Assembly (NCBI GenBank): GCA_963847185.1
Contig: CAWJYV010000001.1
Location: 160,001 to 224,000, forward strand
Reading direction: 5' to 3'
Length of the DNA stretch: 64,000 nt
DNA from: an uncultured Methanosarcinaceae archaeon
GTDB taxonomy: Archaea > Halobacteriota > Methanosarcinia > Methanosarcinales > Methanosarcinaceae
Below are positions 11,025 through 21,581 of this stretch, piece by piece. The position numbers were made by a program, and so were the translations under genes. The stretch's first letter is position 1; every line of letters starts with the position of its first letter. A model generated the notes under the pieces. The model was given only the letters and a program-made list of their open reading frames with translations. It made no database searches and was not told the origin of the DNA.

Positions 11025-11933
11025 CTACATAATTATAGTAGATTGAATCTTTTTTTGCAAATCTTTTATTTCCTGAAACTTCTCTACTTTTTCTTCCAAA
11101 ATTGTAAACCCTACATCTTTTATAAACCCTACATCTTTTAAGTTATCAAGGGCCATTTCCGCTACAACGGAAGAATTGGCTAGAAGTTGTTCTTCGGCCT
11201 GGATTCTTAATGTTTCAAGTACCCACTGGCTCTGCAGAGCAGCTTCATTAAGTCCCCTCTTTAAGGAAAGTTTCCCTATTTCTTCTATGGAAAGCGCTGT
11301 TGAACTGAGAGCTTCATCAAGGTATTTTTCCGCAGCTAGTTTACCTATTTCCTCAAGCAAGAGAAGCGTACTGACGGTCTCAAGTTCGATTTTCTCTGCT
11401 GCTGCCTTTTTTCCAATCTCTCCCAGACCTGTTGCTACGTTAAGCACAATTTCTTCCATACCCTGCTTTGCAGCAGAAGTCCCTATTTCTTTTAAAAGTA
11501 AGGAAAAAGTAATTGTCTTTTCCTGACTCTGTCGCTGTTGGGAAAATTTCCATATTTCCATCAGGGTTGTAGCAGCAACCTTTGAGCCAGCCTCAAGCGA
11601 GTGCCTGGCTGCAACTATTCCCAGTCTTCCCATTGCAATAAAAGCTTTATTAAGAGAAGATTCATATCCCTTTTCTGCTGCTTTCTTTGCCAGTTTCCCA
11701 AGGGCTAGAGCGGAATTGATGGTAACAAGTTCCATTTCATTTTCTGTAGCTGCCTGTGCTAAATCCTCAATTGAAATAATAATTCTCTGGACATCTGCTT
11801 CTTCATTTTCAGATATGAAATCTGCTGCAATCGCTGTAAGGGAGTCCAGGGCCTGGAAAACTTTATTCTCATCTCTACTCTCAATTGCAAAATCGCCTGT
11901 TTTAACCGCTTCTGCCTCATTTAATGTAATCAT
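11025..11933 (-). CDS. Alpha-helical (HEAT-like) repeat protein, paralog 1
   Basis: Repeated L(G/E)EIGKxAAE units about every 37 aa. Confidence 0.75.
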   Translation of the reverse strand: MITLNEAEAVKTGDFAIESRDENKVFQALDSLTAIAADFISENEEADVQRIIISIEDLAQAATENEMELVTINSALALGKLAKKAAEKGYESSLNKAFIAMGRLGIVAARHSLEAGSKVAATTLMEIWKFSQQRQSQEKTITFSLLLKEIGTSAAKQGMEEIVLNVATGLGEIGKKAAAEKIELETVSTLLLLEEIGKLAAEKYLDEALSSTALSIEEIGKLSLKRGLNEAALQSQWVLETLRIQAEEQLLANSSVVAEMALDNLKDVGFIKDVGFTILEEKVEKFQEIKDLQKKIQSTIIM

Positions 11934-12190
11934 TCTTTTTGCCCCTCTTTCATTAGTCTTAGTAACAAATTGAGTTCAAGTCCCTTTTCGTCGCATTTTG
12001 AAAGTATGTCTATACTTATTATTCACACACTGTCAATTTCAAATTATTATTATGCTGTATGTTATTTGGATATCTATGAGGTTAAGACATTATTAGTGTT
12101 ACTGTTTATCTTATCCGATATTATATATTTAAGAGAAGTTGGTGCCATTAAACGATTTGTTATTATTGACAGAAAAAAAATGGTAAAATC

Positions 12191-12320
12191 GGCTCTGTAG
12201 GAATCCTCTGAGATGAGAAGTATCCAAGTCTCCATTAATTTGAACTGAATAGAATGATCTCTTTTTGCTGATTAGTTTTCAGCTCATTGCAACTGATTTG
12301 GATAGTTTTTCTACAGAGCC
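12191..12320. mobile_element. MITE, 130 bp
   Basis: Terminal inverted repeats GGCTCTGTAG ... CTACAGAGCC, non-coding interior. Confidence 0.7.
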
Positions 12321-12481
12321 ATAATAAGGGAATTTTTAACATGTTTTTATGGTTGTGGAATATATACCATGTCTCAAAAAGTAGTAGGAAGAAGCTCCTT
12401 GTGTGTGTGGAGCAGGAACTGTACGCTCAGGGGAAAGATGGTACAGTTATATGATTGATGATACATGCGAGAATTAAAATT

Positions 12482-14737
12482 TCATTTTTTTTCTGCTGTG
12501 CTGAATTTTATAATAAATTTCGTTCCTTTACCTATTTTTAATTCGATTGTGCCATTCAGCTGATCCACAAGGATGTTTACAAGCTGCAAACCAAGGGTGT
12601 CGGAATTTTTAAAATCAGTTTTTTCGGGGATGCCAACTCCGTTATCTGAGACTATAAGAGTGTGTTGAGTACTTTTTCCGGAAAATTTGTCTTCATTGTC
12701 ACTCAGCTTATCTTCAGCTTTTTCACTGAAAAGTTTAATTTGAACTTCTCCTGTTTTCCTGTCTGGAAATGCATATTTTAAGGAATTAGAAACAAGTTCA
12801 TTAATGATCATACCTAATGGGACTGCAATATCCATATCAAAGAAAACATTTTCTTTAAGTTCCATATTTAAGCTAACATCAGTATTTCCAAGACTGTATG
12901 TCTGAAGAAAGTTCTCAACGAGTTTTTCAAGGTATCGTGAGAAATTCAGTGTATCTGTTCCTTCACCTTCGTGCAACTCTTCATGGATAAGAGCAACTGA
13001 AGTTACTCTTTCCTGGCTTTCTCTGAAGGCTTCAAGAACTTCTGAATCATTAATATCCTTTCTGCCTTTGAACTTTTCAGCCTGAAGGTCAAGAAGTGAG
13101 GAGATTACCTGAAGATTATTCTTGATTCTATGATGGATTTCCTTTTTACGGGCGATCTCAATGTTCGCAAGGGCGTATTCAGCTTCTCTTCGCTTGGTTA
13201 TGTCAGTGAGCATGCTCAGAGAGCCCATAAACTTGCCATCCTTATCAAAAAGAGATTTAGCGTTTAGATGTGCCCATATGGGGGAGCCATCCTTTCGCAT
13301 TAATTTCAATTCATAGCTCCCATTGATACCCTTCTGCCTCCTTTCCAGATTCAGTTTGGCGACAGCCTTACTTTCTTCACTGATAAAGTCCCATATAGGT
13401 CTGCCAATACCTTCTTCTAGACTGTATCCAAACATATCCGTTATTTTTTTATTAGCGTAAGTGATTATTGCTTTGTCATTGATTGTGAGTATACCTTCGT
13501 TTGCTGTCTCTACGATGTTGCGGTACTTTTCCTCGCTCTCTCGTAGAGATTCCTCTACTTTTTTGCTCTCAGTAATATCCTGAGTTGTCCCTCTAATTCT
13601 AACAGGATTGTTGTTGTCATCGAAAACAACTTCGCCTTTCGTATGTGCTGTGCGCTCCTCTCCATCGGCTAGAATTATTCTGAAATCAGCTTTTATTGGT
13701 TTTCCGTTTAATGCCCCGTTAACGGCATTATCTATGTAATCTCGATCATCTGGATGCACGTAATTCAAAAACATGCTATAATTTACTTCAAATTCTTGGG
13801 GCTTTAGTCCAAAAATTCGATACATTTCATCTGACCATTTTAATTCATTAATTGCAAAGTTTAGTTCCCAACTTCCAATGTGCGCCACTTCTTGGGCTTC
13901 AGCAAGACTTCTTTCGCTTTCTTTCAATGAGGCGTAAGCCTTCTCAAGTTCAATTGTACGTTCCCTTACTTTTACTTCTAAACTATCGTGTGCTTTTTTA
14001 AGGGCTTCTTCCATTCGTTTTCGCTCTGTGACATCCATGTGGGAGGAGATGAGACGATCGCCACAAACAACATACGATGTGAGGAATTCCCTGTCCACGT
14101 AAGGGCTGCGGTACTGGAATGTGACAGCCTTGCTTGACTGCCGGGCCTTCTCGATCATGGGAAGATAGAATGAAGCTACCTTGCAACCAAGCACTTTTGA
14201 TCCCTTTTTTCCTTTTGCCTCATCAATATCTTTCAGACCGAGGAGTTTTAATCCGGCAGGGTTGAGGTCCTCAAAAATCCAGTCGACGACATTACCCTGT
14301 TCATCGTAGATGAGCCGATCTATGTAGAATACCTCCTGCACCGTTTCGAACAGATCACGATACTTGGCCTCACTCTCCCGCAACTGTTCCTCAAGCTCCT
14401 TCTGATCACTTATATCGAATCCATAAATGTTTACGCACTTTTCTTCGGGAAAGGGGTGAAACGAGATCAAGTATACTCTTTTTCCCATTTTAGCTTCCAT
14501 TTTTTCGGGGTTATTCTGTGAGATCGCCCTTTGAATAAAATCTCCGATACAGGAAGGTAATTTTTCTCCTACTCTCACACCCCATTCATGCAATAAGGGC
14601 TCACCTGCCTTATTTGAGTAAAGAACCATCCCATCCTTTCCAATACTAAGCAAAGGATTCGGGTTATTTGCCAGAAATTGCTCCATTCTTTTCATTTTCC
14701 CTCTTGCTGAGATTTCTTTATACGAGTTGCCACACAT
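12482..14737 (-). CDS. Multi-PAS sensor histidine kinase (HisKA_2 type); true start probably near 14695
   Basis: PAS/PAC modules, EIHHRIKNNLQ H-box, NELVSNSLKYAF, DNGVG, LGLQLV, GTKF. Confidence 0.92.
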   Translation of the reverse strand: MCGNSYKEISARGKMKRMEQFLANNPNPLLSIGKDGMVLYSNKAGEPLLHEWGVRVGEKLPSCIGDFIQRAISQNNPEKMEAKMGKRVYLISFHPFPEEKCVNIYGFDISDQKELEEQLRESEAKYRDLFETVQEVFYIDRLIYDEQGNVVDWIFEDLNPAGLKLLGLKDIDEAKGKKGSKVLGCKVASFYLPMIEKARQSSKAVTFQYRSPYVDREFLTSYVVCGDRLISSHMDVTERKRMEEALKKAHDSLEVKVRERTIELEKAYASLKESERSLAEAQEVAHIGSWELNFAINELKWSDEMYRIFGLKPQEFEVNYSMFLNYVHPDDRDYIDNAVNGALNGKPIKADFRIILADGEERTAHTKGEVVFDDNNNPVRIRGTTQDITESKKVEESLRESEEKYRNIVETANEGILTINDKAIITYANKKITDMFGYSLEEGIGRPIWDFISEESKAVAKLNLERRQKGINGSYELKLMRKDGSPIWAHLNAKSLFDKDGKFMGSLSMLTDITKRREAEYALANIEIARKKEIHHRIKNNLQVISSLLDLQAEKFKGRKDINDSEVLEAFRESQERVTSVALIHEELHEGEGTDTLNFSRYLEKLVENFLQTYSLGNTDVSLNMELKENVFFDMDIAVPLGMIINELVSNSLKYAFPDRKTGEVQIKLFSEKAEDKLSDNEDKFSGKSTQHTLIVSDNGVGIPEKTDFKNSDTLGLQLVNILVDQLNGTIELKIGKGTKFIIKFSTAEKK

Positions 14738-15169
14738 CTCAATGATCAGAAAAGATTAATATCTTAATTCATATTATTTTTTTGTTTTTATTAGGTTATT
14801 AGGTTATAATTCATAAAATGGATCTGTTAAATACATCTTTTGCGACAATGACCACTGTGAAAGGGAGTGTTAGAGTCAGTAACTCTCGCGAGAGTGTTAG
14901 GAGAATCACTAATGAACCCTAATATTGCTGGCACTGTTCATCGTATGAATGGTTTGAGCTTTATGACAGGTTCTATTACAGGTTCTAATAGAAATTGTCT
15001 GTATTCAATTAGACACTGGTTTGAACAAATGGGTTCAAATATTTCTTACTGCGGATTCTTGCAGATAACTCTAATGAGCTACTGTACTAATTAGCCCTGC
15101 AAGTTTTGCAAAGAGTTTTACATTCTTATATTTCTTCGAAACTTTATAGTTACTTTTTAAAATAGATAA

Positions 15170-15859
15170 ATGAGAAATGGTATATATAGAAAAAAATGTC
15201 TATTTATGTTGAGGTGGGGTGGAATAAAAAAGAAATATCTTTTACTATTTTGTATTGTAATGCTATACAATTACACAGAAACTCAAACTAATATGATCAA
15301 TTCTGTGTCATCTGTGTATCTCACGTCTGCAAAAAATACGATCGAAGATCCATCAGTTCAAGTTATTGCCGAGAAAGTTAATGAAAATGATATATCAATA
15401 GTTCATCCGCATCAATCAAACTGTTATGAATCCACTGCTAGTGGCTCGTGGGTTACACTTGCTAATGTGAAGTATGCAACCGATCCTACATATGAAGACC
15501 TTATTGAATTTATTAAATCAGACAGAACAGACGAAATAGAATATGATTACTATAATTTTGTTTGTGCTGACTTTGCTCAAGCCGTGCACAATAACGCAGA
15601 AAAAGCTGGAATAAAAACTGCATGGGTGAGTATAGAGTTTGAAGATCGAGATTATGGGCATGCCTGTAATGCATTTAACACAACTGACAGAGGAATGATT
15701 TTTATTGATTGTACGGGACCGGATCCCTACCAGCCAGGAAATTGGGACTCTATTGTAAAAATAGAAGTTGGAGAAGTATACAGGCCCGAAGAACTATACA
15801 AAAAAGGTTCAGCTTATGAGCCAATGGGAGTAGTCAAAAACTATAAAGTTTACTGGTGA
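15170..15859 (+). CDS. Exported transglutaminase/papain-like Cys-His-Asp protein (start uncertain)
   Basis: N-terminal hydrophobic stretch; VCADFA, GHACNAF, FIDCTG. Confidence 0.65.
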   Translation: MRNGIYRKKCLFMLRWGGIKKKYLLLFCIVMLYNYTETQTNMINSVSSVYLTSAKNTIEDPSVQVIAEKVNENDISIVHPHQSNCYESTASGSWVTLANVKYATDPTYEDLIEFIKSDRTDEIEYDYYNFVCADFAQAVHNNAEKAGIKTAWVSIEFEDRDYGHACNAFNTTDRGMIFIDCTGPDPYQPGNWDSIVKIEVGEVYRPEELYKKGSAYEPMGVVKNYKVYW

Positions 15860-16060
15860 TTTAATTTCTCACTCTGGCTTAACTTTTTACTGGGACCTTA
15901 ATCACTTTTATATCTTTTTCTACTTACTAAATATTTTATCAATAAGATCATAAATTTTTATCCCTATTTTTTTTTAGATAGATCTTACTCTTTATCATCT
16001 CTAAGAAAAAGGTTTAAAAACAAGATCTTCTATGTACATTATAATTAAATTAAACATGTT

Positions 16061-16597
16061 GTGTTGGTATCTATGGTAACCAGCAGAGAAAGACAGAAAG
16101 CAAATCTGGCCAGAATGAAAGAAATTATGGAAGAAATTGAGAATACAACAAATGACTGCGATCTAATCGCTGAGTTACATAGACTTCTAAAAAGGCAATA
16201 CCCCCTGTCCTTAAAATGGCATTTAATTGTATTCAAAAGTGAAGTTGAACATAGTTTATGGCATCTGGAAGGCATAAGAAAGGAAGAAATTGAAATAGCA
16301 AAAAGAAAGAAAAAGATGAAAACAAAGCTAGAAGAAAGCCTGAAACAAGTTTACTACAAATATTCAGATATTCCAAGCGCATTTAAGCTTGATTATTATA
16401 TGGTATACGATATTGAAAGAAATCAATACAAATGGATAAAATTGAACGCTTCCGGAAACCCAAGGGTAAACATTTTTGCAATTCCAAAATCCATGATCGG
16501 AGAAGGTAAACTCCAATGGAGCGAGGAGGTAAAACAAAAATGGGGAGAAGACAGTATAGGACAAAGCGAACTAATGGAAAGAAGTATTCTTAATTGA
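16061..16597 (+). CDS. Hypothetical protein
   Basis: 178-aa ORF, charged helical composition, no recognised motif. Confidence 0.6.
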   Translation: MLVSMVTSRERQKANLARMKEIMEEIENTTNDCDLIAELHRLLKRQYPLSLKWHLIVFKSEVEHSLWHLEGIRKEEIEIAKRKKKMKTKLEESLKQVYYKYSDIPSAFKLDYYMVYDIERNQYKWIKLNASGNPRVNIFAIPKSMIGEGKLQWSEEVKQKWGEDSIGQSELMERSILN

Positions 16598-16609
16598 ATA
16601 CTTTTGATC

Positions 16610-16670
16610 TTATCCGGGAGTAGAAATCCTCTTATCTAAATTATCCGGGAGTAGAAATCCTCTTACTAAA
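16610..16670. repeat. Tandem duplication, ~31-bp unit
   Basis: TTATCCGGGAGTAGAAATCCTCTTA at 16610 and 16641. Confidence 0.9.
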
Positions 16671-16778
16671 ATAAATTCATTAGTTTAAACTAAGATTAGT
16701 AAAGTAATGTATAGAATTTCTTCATCCACAAAAAGTCTAATAGCTAAGTAAGAATATTGTTTCGTCCACTTCTTTGTT

Positions 16779-17615
16779 TCAGTCAAGAGATTCGGCTTCA
16801 TGTATAAGTTCAGAATCGTTAAAGGCCTCAAGGGCAAGCTTTGTCATAAGCATATGACTAACCAGAAATTTGTCTTTAGTTTCAAGGATAATTGTTTCAA
16901 GGGAATTGGAAGCCTTTATGATCATATTCTCAAAGTTATTGAAGTCTTCATAAGAGAATTCATCTTTTGGAAGGACAGACGTATGCTTTAAAAAATCAGT
17001 TCCTTTCCCCTCCTGCGCAAGCAAGCTTAAAATTTTTGGAAAATCTTTAGGGAAAATAGTTGCATCTTTGCCCTGAGAGGAAGATAAAATTATTCCTGAT
17101 ATGGAAGCGAGAATTCCTCCATTATCCGGAAATCCGATACTCTCTTGCCTGAATTTCTCTTTTCCTATAGATCCTATTGCCAGAGCAGCAACCAGAGTTT
17201 CCCTTTCCATCTTCTGAAAAGAGGCGGAATTCATTATTTCTCCCAGGTATGCAATTGCAATCCTGACCGCTGCTTCCATCCCCTGTCCGGCAGCTGCCTT
17301 CCCGATTGAGCAGAGAGAGTACAGAATACTAAAACCAGTATCAGACATCTTCTGCTCTCTTGCAGCATCAGCCATTTTTCCCAGAGACAGAAGAGACAGA
17401 AAAACTCCGATTTCCATTTTTTGAAGGACAGCAGCATTACCTATTTCTCTTATGCTGATTACAGCTTTTTTTGCATCTGGTTCGAGCCCCTTGTTTATGT
17501 ATTCAGTTCCTCTCTCCGTAAGGAAATCTATTGATCTGAGCACACCAAGCTCATCATTATCTTTAACAGAACTTATACCAAGATCTGTTGCTCTACTTTC
17601 GTTTAAAACAGACAT
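16779..17615 (-). CDS. Alpha-helical repeat protein, paralog 2
   Basis: MSVLNESRA start like paralog 1; IGKAAAGQGME repeats. Confidence 0.75.
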   Translation of the reverse strand: MSVLNESRATDLGISSVKDNDELGVLRSIDFLTERGTEYINKGLEPDAKKAVISIREIGNAAVLQKMEIGVFLSLLSLGKMADAAREQKMSDTGFSILYSLCSIGKAAAGQGMEAAVRIAIAYLGEIMNSASFQKMERETLVAALAIGSIGKEKFRQESIGFPDNGGILASISGIILSSSQGKDATIFPKDFPKILSLLAQEGKGTDFLKHTSVLPKDEFSYEDFNNFENMIIKASNSLETIILETKDKFLVSHMLMTKLALEAFNDSELIHEAESLD

Positions 17616-17803
17616 TCAAAACACCCCAAAAAATTTTACATCCGGAAAGATATCTCAAATTGAGATTATCAGGTTGCCAGCTAATCCTTCTCTTTAAAGG
17701 AGAGCAGGTCCCCAGGCACAAATTGATCCATAACATTAAATGGTTTACTTGTCAGAACTGCTTACAATATGAGTGATAAAAGCTCATAATTACTGGAAAA
17801 TTT

Positions 17804-18631
17804 CTATTTTACTCTGAAACTTTTATTTTGTCTCTCTTCCGGTTTCTCAAGTTCCGGTGTTTCAAAGTTAAGGAGTGCGACTTCGGCTACAATTGAAGCA
17901 CTCATCAGGCACCTGTCTTCTGCGTTAAATTTAATTGTCTCAAGTGAATAGGCTGCCTGAAGCAGAGCTCTGGGGAGTCCCATTCTATCTGCAGTTTTTC
18001 CAATATCCTCAAGAAAACGGACACTTGTACTGGCAGTTTCTTTTAGATCTTTTTCAATTGCTCCAGTTCCGATTTCCTGCAGCAGTAATTCAACGTTTAA
18101 TGCGGCATCTTCGAATTTCTGGTTTGCTGCAATTTTTCCGGTTTCCCCAAGAAGGGCAACTGTACTGTTTGCAAGATCCCCCAAGCTTTGCCATGTAACG
18201 CTTTTTCCAATCTCTCCAAGAGCAAAAATAACTGCAATTGTTTCCTTTTTGGTTCTTGTAATAGCCGCTGTATTTCCCATCTCCCCCAGGCAGGAAGCTG
18301 CAATTTTCACTGCAGACTCCATTTTTTGTTCTGCCGCAGCCTTTCCGATCTCTCCAATAGCAAGTGCTACACTAGCAAGGACATTTTCCATTCGCTGACG
18401 GTATGCTTCTATGGAAACAGGAGACAAATACATAATAGCATTGACAAGAACTCTTTCAAGCCTGGCTGTACCCGCTGCTTTTCCAATTTCCTTGATATAT
18501 TCGATCAGCCTTTTAATGTCGCTTTCCTGTCCTTCTTTTGCGTAGTTCACTGCAAGCTCGGACAGAAATTTAAGTATCTTATTAACTTCAGTTTCGTCCT
18601 TATCTCCGACCAAAGCCAGCCCTATCTCCAA
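17804..18631 (-). CDS. Alpha-helical repeat protein, paralog 3 (start probably slightly upstream, LDENEALEIG)
   Basis: IGEIGKAAAEQKME repeats. Confidence 0.75.
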   Translation of the reverse strand: MEIGLALVGDKDETEVNKILKFLSELAVNYAKEGQESDIKRLIEYIKEIGKAAGTARLERVLVNAIMYLSPVSIEAYRQRMENVLASVALAIGEIGKAAAEQKMESAVKIAASCLGEMGNTAAITRTKKETIAVIFALGEIGKSVTWQSLGDLANSTVALLGETGKIAANQKFEDAALNVELLLQEIGTGAIEKDLKETASTSVRFLEDIGKTADRMGLPRALLQAAYSLETIKFNAEDRCLMSASIVAEVALLNFETPELEKPEERQNKSFRVK

Positions 18632-18962
18632 GGCCTCGTTTTCATCCAGTGGTAGAATCCTTTATGCCCCCAGATTCTATAAAGTAAGTATGGATATGTG
18701 AGAATAAGAGCTTTATCCCTATTATTATAGCAAAAAAGCGAAAAGAACACTTAAATTAGAATCTTTTTTTATTATAATGCCTGGCTGCAAAAATTAAAAA
18801 AAAGATAAAGATTTGTTTCATTTTGATGATTACTTAAATAACCTAGTCGTTTTGCTTTAATAGTTTGTCATTTCCTTTTCAATAGTTTAATCATTTCCTT
18901 CCCAAAAACCAGGTAGTAATATCCATTATCCAATATTATATATATTATGCGTTGTATATTAT

Positions 18963-19832
18963 TTGTTGGAAAAGATTGCGATTGATATGCATAATATAGC
19001 TAACTTTTGTATTGAGAATAATATTTCCGAACATAACCAGAGCATTGTTCTTGAGTATCTAAAGGACCTGAATCGTAGTGGCTTGAAGGAAGCTACCGTT
19101 AGCAACAATGAGCATTTTTTGCGGTTCCTGTTGACACATACTAAGACCGACCTGGACAAGTTGACCAGGAAGGATGTTAATGATATCCAAGACGCGATAA
19201 ATGATTGGACGAAGAAAAATGGGAAGCCTGCCAGTCCTACAAGTAAGATGCAGTATAAAATTACGTTTCAAAGGTTCTTGAAAGGATATGGTGCAAGCAC
19301 TGATAATAAAGAGTTAATTAAGCTTGCAAAGTTCGGATTTGCTAGAGTTGAAGGGAAAAAATTAGAGTCCGAAGATATCCTGAGTGAGGAAGAAGTTGAG
19401 AGAATAATTGCGTGTTGTATTGGTATCCGGGATAAAGCATTGGTAGCCATAATTTATGAGTTGGGAGCAAGAGTGGGGGAAATTCAAAATTGTAAAATAG
19501 GTGATTTTAAAGACCATCCCTATGGATTTCATATAACGCTTAATGGGAAGACTGGGAAGCGGCAGGTATTATTGCATAAGTATCAGGTGTACCTTAAGCA
19601 GTGGCTTGTTGATCATCCAAATGCAACTGATCCAAAAGCTCCCCTTTTCACTACAGCTAGGGAGTATACTGATAGTAGTTATAGTAAGAATAAACAGAAA
19701 CGGGGTAAGGATGAAATGCGTGTACACACGCCATTAAGAACAATATCCATGAATCTATTATTGAAGAAGGCGGCCAAAAAAGCTGGAATTAAGAAGAACG
19801 TATATTGTCATTTACTCCGTCACAGTCAAGCA
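18963..19832 (+). pseudogene. Tyrosine recombinase/integrase, truncated at the C-terminus
   Basis: RDKAL...YELGARVGEI, GKTG, HLLRHSQA, then abrupt fusion to IS5 sequence; catalytic Tyr region missing. Confidence 0.85.
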
Positions 19833-20171
19833 AAATTCTCAGGTCGATTCTCAGAACAGTATTAATATATTCCCAAAATCCATTAATACGCCAAAGATGG
19901 AAGTAGTGGTAGACAGTTTTCCACGACAGAAAGTCCTGGGGTAACAGTCGCCATGCACAGCCAGAACGTAGCAAATAAAAGACGGCATTTAATATCTCTC
20001 GATGAGGATGAACACGCTTTCTACCTCGATTAGTTCTGGGATTAGGAAAATAAGGCTTAATTAGTTCCCATTCTTTATCGGATAAATCGCTAGGATAAGG
20101 ACGTCTTATAGATAGGTTTGACATTAACGAACAATCAGGGAATAAGGGTTATTTAATTTTAAGACAGCCTC
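19830..20171 (-). mobile_element. IS5-family transposase N-terminal fragment with one IS end
   Basis: YPSDLSDKEW, REILNAVFYLLRSGCAWRLLP, WKTVY; GAGGCTGTC end at 20171; DDE domain absent. Confidence 0.85.
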
Positions 20172-20295
20172 TTAGTCTCCTGCTCTAATGCTGAAAAGTT
20201 TTGTCTTCTCCTACATAAAACGAGTAGAGAATACGAATAAGAAACAATACAATAAAAAAATCTAAAATAGTATACTAAACATGGGGGTAAAATAA

Positions 20296-20370
20296 ATGTT
20301 CGGATTTGGCTTTGGTAGAGGCTGTGGATTTGGTGGCTTTGGCGGCTTTGGCGGCTGTGGAGGATGCTAA
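20296..20370 (+). CDS. 24-aa Gly/Phe/Cys-rich micro-peptide MFGFGFGRGCGFGGFGGFGGCGGC
   Basis: ATG with GGGGGT SD, clean codon structure, TAA stop. Confidence 0.65.
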   Translation: MFGFGFGRGCGFGGFGGFGGCGGC

Positions 20371-20489
20371 ACCAATCACTGCCCGTTGAATAATTGCTTC
20401 ATGGATCAAAAGCTGTTTAGCTATTATTGGCTTGCTAAATAGTGAAGGAGTATAATATAAATTGTCTTAGACACTCAAAAAATCAAATT

Positions 20490-21190
20490 GCGGACGGCCA
20501 CCCTACCTTAAAAGGTAGGGTATGCTTCGGGCCGTCCGCCGATTTCTGGGGAAGTTAGAAATCACTTAGTTTCAATTGTCCAGATTTCTTTATTCTATTT
20601 GATCTAATCTCTTTTTTTGGTTTTCCTTGGGATTCGTTAATATAATGCCTGATTGTGTCAGCAGTTACATTCCCAATTGATCTATAGAACTTATCACTTG
20701 ACCATAAACTTCCACCCCAGTATTTTTCCCTTAGTTCAGGATGAAGCTTAAATAATCTGTAAGAACTTCCTCCTTTTAGGTATTGAATTACTTTGGATAG
20801 TGAGGTGCTTGGATGGAATTCCAGAAACAAGTGCACATGATCTTCTACTATTTCCATGGCATGTATTCTATAGCCTTTCTCAGTACAAATGTTTTTGAAG
20901 ATTGATTCGCAATTCTTTTTAACTCTCTTGTTGTAGAATATTTTGAATCTGTACTTAGGCGCCAATACGATGTGGTAGGTGATCTGACCATTGCCATGGC
21001 TAAAACTACGCAATTCCAATGCTTATCACATCCTAGCCATAGGTGGCTGCAACCGCCTGTGGTTATGGTGTCAAAAAACATTATATTGAAAAAAGTGACG
21101 ATTTTAGATTATTAAGGTGAATGTCGAAAAACCTGCGAGGGTTCACTTCATCCCAGACTTAAAAGTCTGGGCATTCGTGACCCTCCGCGC
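20490..21190 (-). mobile_element. IS200-type element (tnpA only)
   Basis: Subterminal hairpins CCCTACCTT-AA-AAGGTAGGG and CCCAGACTT-AA-AAGTCTGGG flanking tnpA. Confidence 0.85.
20555..21019 (-). CDS. tnpA: IS200/IS605 Y1 HUH transposase
   Basis: YHIVLAPKYR, DHVHL, KGGSS, LWS, IRHYI. Confidence 0.92.
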   Translation of the reverse strand: MELRSFSHGNGQITYHIVLAPKYRFKIFYNKRVKKNCESIFKNICTEKGYRIHAMEIVEDHVHLFLEFHPSTSLSKVIQYLKGGSSYRLFKLHPELREKYWGGSLWSSDKFYRSIGNVTADTIRHYINESQGKPKKEIRSNRIKKSGQLKLSDF

Positions 21191-21356
21191 TCCCATAGCA
21201 GTAAAATCCATAAAGACACATTCGTACAGCCTTTCAGAGGACTAAAGAAACAGGAGAACTTAAGCATATTAAAGTCTAATCTGTTTTTTGAATTCTCCGA
21301 AATGATAGGGATTAGCCAAAAAAGGCTGACGAATGAGTCTAACCTACTTTTACTAG

Positions 21357-21471
21357 AGGACTTATGCGGTTGGAATGAAAAATCAATAGCATTAAACCGT
21401 CAACTGTCCAAAGTGCGTATTAATCACGATGTCTGATGCGCTTGATTTTGTACTTCAAGTGCGTAAGTCCT
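21357..21471. mobile_element. MITE, AGGACTTACGC family
   Basis: TIRs AGGACTTATGC / GCGTAAGTCCT; homologous copy at 50178-50293. Confidence 0.8.
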
Positions 21472-21581
21472 AAAGAGAATGCAAATTTAGATATTTTTAC
21501 CCAAATGTATAATTCAGGTAGTTTTGAGACAGCCTAAATATTAAAGTTTCAATTCTGAGCTGGCGGAAAATAATTCTCTAT

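Noticed and set aside
14867-15094. 75-aa ORF upstream of the kinase
   Set aside because: No SD or motif; the region looks like degraded mobile DNA
16610-16670. Direct repeat as an att site or mini-CRISPR
   Set aside because: Two adjacent copies without a real spacer; simple tandem duplication
11025-17806. Amber stops of the repeat-protein genes as pyrrolysine read-through
   Set aside because: Read-through adds only a short non-conserved tail before TAA
20490-21190. TnpB/omega-RNA system
   Set aside because: The element carries tnpA only; no tnpB between the hairpin ends
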